This document shows, piece by piece, positions 37,363 to 44,313 of a stretch of DNA of 45,353 nt. Position numbers and translations under genes: made by a program. This stretch comes from an uncultured bacterium (GTDB lineage: Bacteria > Ratteibacteria > UBA8468 > B48-G9 > JAFGKM01). The notes below the pieces were generated by a model, which saw only the letters and a program-made list of their open reading frames with translations, was not told where the DNA came from and did no database searches. Position 1 is the first letter of the stretch. Every line of letters starts with the position of its first letter. The stretch spans positions 1 to 45,353 of the forward strand of contig CAYQXZ010000002.1 in the NCBI GenBank assembly GCA_964421645.1. Reading direction: 5' to 3'.

Positions 37363-37618
37363 TCTTGACTATTTGCCGGAGGTGATTTTGGAGCGAGACA
37401 AGGAGCGAAAAGCGTTGCGTAGTCAAAGTACTACGCATGCGATGAGCGACACGGTCGCAGCCCAAAAGCGACCCGGCCCTTCGGGGAGTTCCATCTTTGG
37501 GTCATTGCGACGTTGCTTCTCAGTTATGTGCCACAGAGGGCACACAGCCTTCGCAGCGCCTTGCACTGACCTCAAATCTGGAACTCCAAATGGCCAAGAT
37601 TACCGTGATCCGACCCCT
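37344..37618. other. G+C-rich intergenic element closed by a 24-bp inverted repeat (candidate structured ncRNA / MITE-like element / invertible segment)
   Basis: Arms at 37344-37367 and 37595-37618 are complementary at 22/24 positions, with a 15-bp perfect core. Several nested helices can be drawn in the 227-nt interior. No credible CDS. Confidence 0.5.
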
Positions 37619-37632
37619 TTAGGAGGTGGTAA

Positions 37633-38253
37633 GTGAACACCCTCAAAAAGCATTTTCTTTCCGGATTGATATTTATTATTCCAGTATCTCTTTCATTATG
37701 GATACTTTTCAAGATAATCAGTTTTATTGATAACATACTCGGCGGTTTCATGAAGAAGTATTCTCCGGGGATCTATACCCCCGGCGTAGGTTTTTTCTCC
37801 CTTATTCTTCTGATACTTCTGCTGGGTTTTCTGGCTGACAATTTTTTCGGTAAGAGATTGCTGAACATGTTTGAGAATCTTTTCAAAAAAATGCCGGTAA
37901 TCAACAGGATATATGTTTTCACAAAGAGTATCAGCCAGAACCTTCTGCATGGAAAGGCAATAGCTTTCAAGGAAGCGGTAAAGATAGAATTTTTTAGCGG
38001 GACATACACGATAGGATTCATAACGGGGGAATTGTGCCTGAACGGCAAGGAAACCTTTGTAAGTGTTTTTGTTCCCACCGTACCCAACCCGACCACGGGA
38101 TTTTATCTTCTTGTACCGGAGGAAAAAATTGAGAGACTTCATATTCCGGTGGAGGAAGCCCTGAAGATGATCATATCCATGGGAATGTTTGAACCTGAAA
38201 ATGGCACCTCTAAAAACAGAAGCAATAGTCCTGAAGAAAAACAACTTCCGTGA
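37633..38253 (+). CDS. DUF502-family membrane protein
   Basis: Two N-terminal TM helices and the motifs KMPVINRIY and VFVPTVPNPTTGFYLLVPE. GTG start 6 nt after AGGAGG. Confidence 0.8.
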   Translation: MNTLKKHFLSGLIFIIPVSLSLWILFKIISFIDNILGGFMKKYSPGIYTPGVGFFSLILLILLLGFLADNFFGKRLLNMFENLFKKMPVINRIYVFTKSISQNLLHGKAIAFKEAVKIEFFSGTYTIGFITGELCLNGKETFVSVFVPTVPNPTTGFYLLVPEEKIERLHIPVEEALKMIISMGMFEPENGTSKNRSNSPEEKQLP

Positions 38254-38944
38254 AACCAGCGTTATACTTTCCGTCTATACGGAGCACCTGGGGAAAATTA
38301 AGGGATTGCTCAAGGGTGTCAGGACGGAAAAGAGCAAAGTGCCGCCGCTCACCTTCACCCCCGGAGCGCACATATTCGCCATCTTCTACATCAAAAGGTT
38401 CTCCGAGCTGAATCTTATCAGCAGCCCTTCTTTGCTTCAATTCTACGAGACAACCGGGAAAGCAAACCTGAAGGCATGGCACCTGATGCTGAATCTTGTC
38501 AACCTCTTCACGCCCGACAAGGAAAAAGACGATAGAATTTTCATTCTGCTTAAAGAAAGCGGCAGGATGCTTGCTTCCATAAAAACACCGGAAATTCTAT
38601 TTGTCATTTTCAAGCTGAAGTTGATAAAAATACTGGGATACGGGATAGAACTGCACAAGTGCATCGTGTGCGGGAGCGAAGAAAAAACGGGCATATTCAG
38701 CGGCAAGCTGGGCGGAATAGTGTGCCGTCAGTGCAGGTATAAGGATCACCGTGCAATCAAGATCTCGGACAGGGTGCTGAAGGTCATGCGCCAGCTTGAA
38801 AGAATGGAAATTGAAAAAGCAGGTATAATAAAGAGCGTCCCGCAGGAAATACTTGAAAAAATAAATTTTTACGGAAACATAACTTTGAATTATCATACGG
38901 GTCTTGATAAAATATGGTGGATAAATGAAAAAAATCTCCTATGA
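38201..38944 (+). CDS. recO: DNA repair protein RecO
   Basis: N-terminal OB pattern (EAIVLKKNNFRETSVILSVYTEHLGKIKGLLKG) and zinc finger CIVCG...CRQC. ATG at 38201 is preferred; the ORF track starts at 38189. Confidence 0.88.
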   Translation: MAPLKTEAIVLKKNNFRETSVILSVYTEHLGKIKGLLKGVRTEKSKVPPLTFTPGAHIFAIFYIKRFSELNLISSPSLLQFYETTGKANLKAWHLMLNLVNLFTPDKEKDDRIFILLKESGRMLASIKTPEILFVIFKLKLIKILGYGIELHKCIVCGSEEKTGIFSGKLGGIVCRQCRYKDHRAIKISDRVLKVMRQLERMEIEKAGIIKSVPQEILEKINFYGNITLNYHTGLDKIWWINEKNLL

Positions 38945-39758
38945 CAGAATAATTGAGAAAGTCTCCGGCATGGTTATGGAGACGGCCTATTCCCTGCCTG
39001 AAGAGGTCAGTGAGCACATCCGCAGGGCTTACGCAAGAGAAAAGGGCCTCGGGAAAAAGTGCCTCGGCATAATACTTGAAAACCTTAAGACGGCGGAAAA
39101 AGAAAGACTGCCTATCTGCCAGGATACCGGGCTTGCCGTGTTCTTCGTCGAGATGGGAGCCGGCGTGGTGATTGATACGGGCAGATATGCGGACATTGAG
39201 GAGATTATCAATGAAGGACTGAAACAGGGAAGCAGGAGGGGATTTCTGCGCAAGTCCGTGGTATCTCCGGTAAAGAGGAAAAATACAGGGACCAACGCTC
39301 CGGGCGTGGTGCATATTGTCCCAGGCAGGAAGAACGAGTTAAGAATACGGCTTATCGCAAAGGGGTTCGGATCGGAGAACACATCCAGACTGGCCATGTT
39401 GAATCCTTCCGCGGGCAGGAAAGGAATTGAAGAATTTGTTATGGATACTGTCAGACAGGCAGGCTCCCTGCCCTGTCCTCCTGTCTTTGTGGGTGTCGGA
39501 ATAGGCGGCTCTTTTGAAAAGGCGGCCATTCTCTCCAAGATGGCATTGTGCAGGATGGGTGAGAAATCCGGAAACACGGTCTGGGAAAAAGATCTACTCA
39601 AAAAATTGAATTCTTTGGAAATAGGACCCGCGGGTTTCGGTGGAAGGACGACCGCGCTTGGCGTCCGCATAGAGACGTTCCCGACGCATATAGCCGGCCT
39701 GCCCGTTGCAGTGAACATTTCCTGCTGGGCGCATAGGTCCGGAATAATCACATTATGA
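38925..39758 (+). CDS. Fe-S hydro-lyase, class I fumarate hydratase / tartrate dehydratase alpha subunit
   Basis: ICQDTGLAVFFVEMG and GIGGSFE motifs; cysteine ligands present. Confidence 0.88.
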   Translation: MKKISYDRIIEKVSGMVMETAYSLPEEVSEHIRRAYAREKGLGKKCLGIILENLKTAEKERLPICQDTGLAVFFVEMGAGVVIDTGRYADIEEIINEGLKQGSRRGFLRKSVVSPVKRKNTGTNAPGVVHIVPGRKNELRIRLIAKGFGSENTSRLAMLNPSAGRKGIEEFVMDTVRQAGSLPCPPVFVGVGIGGSFEKAAILSKMALCRMGEKSGNTVWEKDLLKKLNSLEIGPAGFGGRTTALGVRIETFPTHIAGLPVAVNISCWAHRSGIITL

Positions 39759-40294
39759 AATATAAGATAAAGTTTCCGGTGGATAATGACAGAGAGATCG
39801 GGAAGTTGAGAGTGGGCGACGAGGTTGAAATCTCCGGTACTATCTACGTGGCGCGGGATGCCGCTCACAAAAAGATGATAGAAGCGCTCACAAAAAAATC
39901 CCCCCTGCCCTTTCCAGCAGAAGGAAGCCTTGTCTATTACATGGGCCCGTCCCCGGCTCCTCCAGGCAGGATAATCGGGTCATGCGGACCCACCACGAGT
40001 TCCAGGATGGACAGGAATACGGTCCCCCTCCTGCGGGCAGGGCTGAAAGCAACCATGGGAAAGGGCAACAGAAGCAAAGAGATAGAACAGGCCTGCAGGA
40101 AATACAAGGCCGTCTACCTGCTTACCTACGGAGGATGCGGGGCGTACCTCAACAGGTTTGTCAAAAAGGCCGGGTGTTTTGCCTACTGCGAACTCGGACC
40201 CGAGGCGGTTTACAGGCTGGAGGTTGAGGGATTTCCGGCGATAGTGGGTATTGATACCAAAGGAAATAACGTATATAATAGAGACAGTGGTTAG
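39755..40294 (+). CDS. Class I fumarate hydratase / tartrate dehydratase beta subunit
   Basis: ISGTIYVARDAAHKK, GPTTSSRMD, YLLTYGGCGA. ATGA overlap with the alpha subunit. Confidence 0.88.
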   Translation: MKYKIKFPVDNDREIGKLRVGDEVEISGTIYVARDAAHKKMIEALTKKSPLPFPAEGSLVYYMGPSPAPPGRIIGSCGPTTSSRMDRNTVPLLRAGLKATMGKGNRSKEIEQACRKYKAVYLLTYGGCGAYLNRFVKKAGCFAYCELGPEAVYRLEVEGFPAIVGIDTKGNNVYNRDSG

Positions 40295-40300
40295 TGATTA

Positions 40301-40343
40301 GTGGGTAGTGGTTAGCAAAAACGAATCACTATCCACTTTTTTT
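40301..40343 (+). terminator. Rho-independent terminator after the fumarase genes
   Basis: 13-bp stem GTGGGTAGTGGTT / AATCACTATCCAC (two G-U pairs), 10-nt loop, then TTTTTTT (40337-40343). Confidence 0.8.
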
Positions 40344-40370
40344 AGGTTTTCACTCTAAATTGCTTTAGCA

Positions 40371-40443
40371 GCGCCCATAGTTCAATGGATAGAACGCCAG
40401 GTTGCGGACCTGGAAGTTGCCTGTTCGAGCCGGGCTGGGCGCA
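40371..40443 (+). tRNA. tRNA-Arg, anticodon GCG
   Basis: Hand-folded cloverleaf. Acceptor GCGCCCA/TGGGCGC+A, D stem GTTC/GAAC, anticodon stem CCAGG/CCTGG, loop TTGCGGA, T arm GCCTG-TTCGAGC-CGGGC. A20 is present. CCA is not encoded. Confidence 0.88.
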
Positions 40444-40470
40444 TTTCTCAAAACTTGGTGTTTAATTATA

Positions 40471-40546
40471 CGGGGCGTGGCTCAGCCTGGTTCAGAGCGC
40501 TTGGTTCGGGACCAAGAGGTCGGCGGTTCGAATCCGCCCGCCCCGA
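40471..40546 (+). tRNA. tRNA-Pro, anticodon CGG
   Basis: Acceptor CGGGGCG/CGCCCCG+A, anticodon stem CTTGG/CCAAG, loop TTCGGGA, T arm GGCGG-TTCGAAT-CCGCC. CCA is not encoded. Confidence 0.9.
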
Positions 40547-40652
40547 TTAGCAAGCTTCTTTGGAGGCGGGTTCGAACACTGGTTCGAGCCGAGGCATGTT
40601 TTTCCCTGAATCATATGCTCAGAGCCGCTGGTGCCGAGACCGTGCAAAGCAC

Positions 40653-40670
40653 AATCCGCCCGCCCCGATT
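40653..40670 (+). repeat. 18-nt duplicate of the tRNA-Pro 3-prime end
   Basis: AATCCGCCCGCCCCGATT is identical to 40531-40548. T-arm-like fragments lie between the copies (GGCGGGTTCGAAC about 40565-40577; CTGGTTCGAGCCG about 40579-40591). Confidence 0.85.
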
Positions 40671-40753
40671 CGCAGGGTATATTCCGGGCACATAGTTTAC
40701 ACTTTTCTTCTTTCTCCCAAAAAAGCCACCAGAATTGCTACCTATCGTTAGTG

Positions 40754-40782
40754 TTGACTGAATAGTACTTTTAGTGTATAAC
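40754..40782 (+). promoter_or_regulatory. Putative vapBC promoter
   Basis: TTGACT (40754-40759), 17 nt, TATAAC (40777-40782), then SD GGTGGAGGTG before the ATG at 40803. Confidence 0.55.
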
Positions 40783-40802
40783 AATGGTGGAGGTGAGCGG
40801 TA

Positions 40803-41063
40803 ATGACAAAAATAAACATCAGTCTGCCGGATGAGTTCCTGGATGAATTGGATGCATTGAAGGATGAAGAAAACATAAGCAGAAGCGAGTTATTGAGAAA
40901 ATCCGTGAGGACATATAAGGAGTTAATGGAAAGGCAGAAAGAAGAAAAGTTACGGAAAGAAAGGATAATGGAAGCCGTCCGAACCCAGGATTACTTAAGG
41001 ACAAAAAGCGGCAAATGGGACGGGGTGAAAGAAGTACGCAAATGGAGAGAGAAAAACAAATGA
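40803..41063 (+). CDS. vapB: Ribbon-helix-helix (CopG/VapB-type) antitoxin
   Basis: N-terminal RHH pattern MTKINISLPDEFLDELDALKDEENISRSELLRKSVRTY. The stop overlaps the vapC start (ATGA). Confidence 0.8.
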   Translation: MTKINISLPDEFLDELDALKDEENISRSELLRKSVRTYKELMERQKEEKLRKERIMEAVRTQDYLRTKSGKWDGVKEVRKWREKNK

Positions 41064-41491
41064 TAAAGAGATATGTACTGGATACATCCGTTGTTGTGAA
41101 ATGGTTCTCATCAGTTAATGAAAGAGACTCGCAAAAATCATTACAGCTTAGACAGGCACATATGGACAATTCAGTCACGCTTACCGCACCCGATCTACTC
41201 TACTACGAACTGGCAAATGCTTTACGATATAATCCCGCTTTTACAGCAAGAGATGTGGATGTGGCTGTCGAGAGTATCTTCAAGCTTGGCATGGATACAA
41301 GGCAGGTCAATCCCGAATTAATCAGTAACGCCATAGAACTGGCATATAAGATGGGCATAACCGTTTACGATGCTTGTTTTCTTGCCCTTGCGCAGGAACT
41401 TGATGCCATACTGATTACTGCTGACTATTCCTTCTGCAAAAAAATGCCCTCCCTTAATTTCGTGCAAAGACTCTGCAACCTGGAACTGTGA
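41060..41491 (+). CDS. vapC: PIN-domain ribonuclease toxin VapC
   Basis: YVLDTSVVVKW (first acidic residue), ...YELANAL..., VYDACFLALAQ, LITADYSF. ATG at 41060 is preferred; the ORF track starts at 41015. Confidence 0.82.
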   Translation: MIKRYVLDTSVVVKWFSSVNERDSQKSLQLRQAHMDNSVTLTAPDLLYYELANALRYNPAFTARDVDVAVESIFKLGMDTRQVNPELISNAIELAYKMGITVYDACFLALAQELDAILITADYSFCKKMPSLNFVQRLCNLEL

Positions 41492-41604
41492 GTATCGATA
41501 GTCCTTTCTTGAATAGAAACAGCTTCACATCCGTATAATGACAGGAACTCAATGTCATTGTATAATTGAAACAATTATTTTTCCGCAAAGTCAAGAGGTG
41601 AGCA

Positions 41605-42663
41605 ATGGATTCAAGGGAGAGGGTTGAGACAGCGTTGAAGCATGGGGAGCCGGACAGGACACCGGTATTTGAGTACGTCCTCCAGCCGCCGGTTGCGGAT
41701 GCCATTCTTGGCAGGAAATACGTTTACGGCGACAGGTTTGCCGCATATGTGCATGAACATGGCTGGGATAAAGCAGTAAGACAGACTGCAACGGACATGG
41801 TTGAGCTTGCAGTGAGACTGAAACACGATATGATCTATGCAACCCCGAACCTTCCGCCACCGTCTCCGGAACAACCGTCACAAACCAAGCAGGAGGAACC
41901 ACCGTCAGATCCTGTTGAGAACCTGCGCCTGCGGGTTGAGCACGCGGAAGCGGCGCCTTATAGAGCACCGGAAGAATCTTTTTTCATCTATCCCTGCTTA
42001 AGGCAGGCAATGAAGAATTTCGGCGTTGACCTTCCTCTTCTCGCACCCGCATATTCGCACGGAGTATGGACCGATACCGCTCTGATGCAGACCATGGTTC
42101 TTGAACCTGAACTCGTACACAGGCTCTTTGCCTCAAGGACGAAAAACACAATAGCCCTGATTGATAAGTACCATGGCCTGGGAATAGAGATGCTCGGAGT
42201 CGGAGGCGATTTCGCAGGCACAAGGGGTCCCATGATTTCACCCGCCGCGTACCGCAGGTTCATCATGCCTGAAATAAGGACACTCTCACGTCACATACAT
42301 TCCCTTGACAGGTATGCCATTAACGCCAGCGACGGCAATCTCTGGTCACTCATTGAAGATTTTCTGACGGGATGCGAAGTGGACGGATATATAGAGATTG
42401 ATTTCTTTGCAGGCATGGACCTCGGCAGGTTGAAGGAACAATTCGGCAAAAACATAACATTCTTCGGCAATCTGGACTGCGGGAACATACTTTCATTCGG
42501 AACCGTTGAGCAGGTGAAGGAACATACAAAACAGTGCCTTGAGAAGGGCATGGGAAGCGGCGGGCACATCCTGTGCGCGAGCAATGCCATAACCGCAAGC
42601 ATACCCGTTAAAAATTATCTCGCGGTTTACGGGGCCTACAGGGACTTCTTCAGTCTGGATTAG
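41605..42663 (+). CDS. Uroporphyrinogen decarboxylase (URO-D)-fold family protein, MtaA/CmuA-like
   Basis: N-terminal RERVETALKHGEPDRTPVF pattern and overall length typical of URO-D-like enzymes. Specific function is not inferable. Confidence 0.55.
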   Translation: MDSRERVETALKHGEPDRTPVFEYVLQPPVADAILGRKYVYGDRFAAYVHEHGWDKAVRQTATDMVELAVRLKHDMIYATPNLPPPSPEQPSQTKQEEPPSDPVENLRLRVEHAEAAPYRAPEESFFIYPCLRQAMKNFGVDLPLLAPAYSHGVWTDTALMQTMVLEPELVHRLFASRTKNTIALIDKYHGLGIEMLGVGGDFAGTRGPMISPAAYRRFIMPEIRTLSRHIHSLDRYAINASDGNLWSLIEDFLTGCEVDGYIEIDFFAGMDLGRLKEQFGKNITFFGNLDCGNILSFGTVEQVKEHTKQCLEKGMGSGGHILCASNAITASIPVKNYLAVYGAYRDFFSLD

Positions 42664-44234
42664 TCTCCTCTCAACAGCAGCCGGCCGGAACGGACGCCGG
42701 TGAGTTTTCCTTTTTCCACGGCAGGTTTGCCGTTAACAAGAACATACTCAATCCCCTTTGACCTGCGGTTAGGATTTTCGTAGGTCGCCATATCCTTAAC
42801 CCTGTCCGCATCAAATATGACGATGTCCGCAGCATTACCTTCTTTTATTTCTCCGCGTCCCTTTAACTTCAGTTTCTCCACGGGAGCACGGCTGAACTTG
42901 TATACGGCTTCATCAAGAGTGAGAACCTTCTCTTCCCTCACATATTTCCCCAGTATCCTGGTGAAGGTTCCCCATAACCGGGGATGCGGACGCCTGCCGG
43001 GCAAGCCGTCCGTACCTACGAATCCTATCTTCTGCTTCATTATTCTTCTCACCGACTTCTCGCACATGGAAAGGACTGTCATTGTTACACTGCCATGCTC
43101 CTCCACGAGAAGATCAAACGCGGATTCTATGGGATCCCTGCCCGTCATTTCCGCTATAGCAACAAGGTTTTTTCCCTCGTATTTTCTGTTTCTTCTGCTT
43201 TTCACCTGGTTTATTATTATCCTCTCGGGTCCGTAAAACAGCCAGTTCTGCCATTTCTCTCCGCCGGGCTTTTCTATGGATTCACGTGCTCTCTTCCTTT
43301 CGGCCTTATCCGTCAATTTTGCAATAAGTTTCTCCTGTCCTCCCTCGTGCATCCACGGAGGGAGAAGCGCCGTGGCTGTCGTGGAAGAAGCAGTGTAGGG
43401 ATACTGGTCATAGGTTACATCAATACCTTTCTCCCTTGCCTCGTAAAGCATCCTCAAAGCTCTGTCAGTTTTGTTCCAATTGGAAGGCCCGGTTGCTTTC
43501 ATGTGTGCCACGTGAACCGGAACGCCCGCCTTTTCTCCCACCGACAGTATCTCTTTTAACGCAGGGAAAAGCGTTTCTCCTTCACCCCTGATATGGGAAG
43601 TATATATACCGCCGCAACCAGCCACTATTCCGGCAAGAGAAATTATTTCATTCAGAGGCGTGAAAATCCCGGGAGGATATATAAGTCCGGTTGACATCCC
43701 CCAGCATCCCGTTTCCATTATTTCGGTAACAATATCCTTCATCCGGGTAATCTCATTTTTCCGTGCAGGGCGATTCTCAAAACCCACCACCAGCGAACGT
43801 ATGTTGCCCTGGCCTACAAGAGGTATTACGTTGGTGATCAGGGGGGAAGCCTCAAGCAGTCTAATGTAGTTTTTCCACAGGCAGGGAAGAGGCCTGTCGC
43901 TCTTTCCCAGCAGCATGTCCTTCTCTTCCGGATCCCTGCCTGACAGGTAAGGCACGGCCGACAATCCGCATTGACCGGTAACTTCTGTCGTAATGCCCTG
44001 GGTAATTTTTGCGATGGAAGGCGCCTTGTTCAGCAAAACCCTGTCGTTGTGGCTGTGGAAGTCAATGAAACCGGGCGTCACGCACAAACCTGAAGCATCC
44101 ACAATTTTTTTTGCAGGCTTTCTTACCGAAGGACTTACTGCCGTTATCTTTCCGTTCTTAATCCCCACGTCGGCAGCAAATAGCCTTCCGGTACCATTTA
44201 TTACCGTTCCGTTTTTTATCAGGATGTCGTACAT
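42660..44234 (-). CDS. N-acyl-D-amino-acid deacylase (D-aminoacylase) family amidohydrolase
   Basis: MYDILIKNGTVINGTG...DVGIKNGKITAV...IDASGLCVTPGFIDFHSHND. ATG at 44234 with an AAGGA SD; the ORF track starts at 44294. Confidence 0.75.
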   Translation of the reverse strand: MYDILIKNGTVINGTGRLFAADVGIKNGKITAVSPSVRKPAKKIVDASGLCVTPGFIDFHSHNDRVLLNKAPSIAKITQGITTEVTGQCGLSAVPYLSGRDPEEKDMLLGKSDRPLPCLWKNYIRLLEASPLITNVIPLVGQGNIRSLVVGFENRPARKNEITRMKDIVTEIMETGCWGMSTGLIYPPGIFTPLNEIISLAGIVAGCGGIYTSHIRGEGETLFPALKEILSVGEKAGVPVHVAHMKATGPSNWNKTDRALRMLYEAREKGIDVTYDQYPYTASSTTATALLPPWMHEGGQEKLIAKLTDKAERKRARESIEKPGGEKWQNWLFYGPERIIINQVKSRRNRKYEGKNLVAIAEMTGRDPIESAFDLLVEEHGSVTMTVLSMCEKSVRRIMKQKIGFVGTDGLPGRRPHPRLWGTFTRILGKYVREEKVLTLDEAVYKFSRAPVEKLKLKGRGEIKEGNAADIVIFDADRVKDMATYENPNRRSKGIEYVLVNGKPAVEKGKLTGVRSGRLLLRGD

Positions 44235-44313
44235 TGTAATTCCTTTCACTTTCACCTGTTTCCTTCCCCCTCCCACCACCGATACCTCGGCCAACTTCGC
44301 AAGGGAGAGGGAA

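Noticed and set aside
37440-37472. GAUGAG followed by a GCGAC/GUCGC hairpin, superficially like a hammerhead ribozyme core
   Set aside because: The obligatory CGAAA element after stem II and a plausible stem I/III and cleavage site are missing. The GGA motifs in the spacer (possible CsrA sponge) also occur at about the chance frequency.
37373-37636. 87-aa ORF filling the dgkA/DUF502 spacer, whose TGA overlaps the GTG start of the DUF502 gene
   Set aside because: It has a TTG start with no SD and no recognisable motif. Its Arg codons are mostly CGA/CGT, whereas neighbouring genes I sampled (frr, cmk) use mainly AGA/AGG/CGG. The sequence is better explained by RNA helices, so I treat the region as non-coding.
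40289-40316. Four tandem heptamers GGTTAGT/GATTAGT/GGGTAGT/GGTTAGC overlapping the fumarase beta stop codon
   Set aside because: Too short to be a meaningful tandem array. The 3-prime part simply forms the 5-prime arm of the strong intrinsic terminator at 40301-40343.
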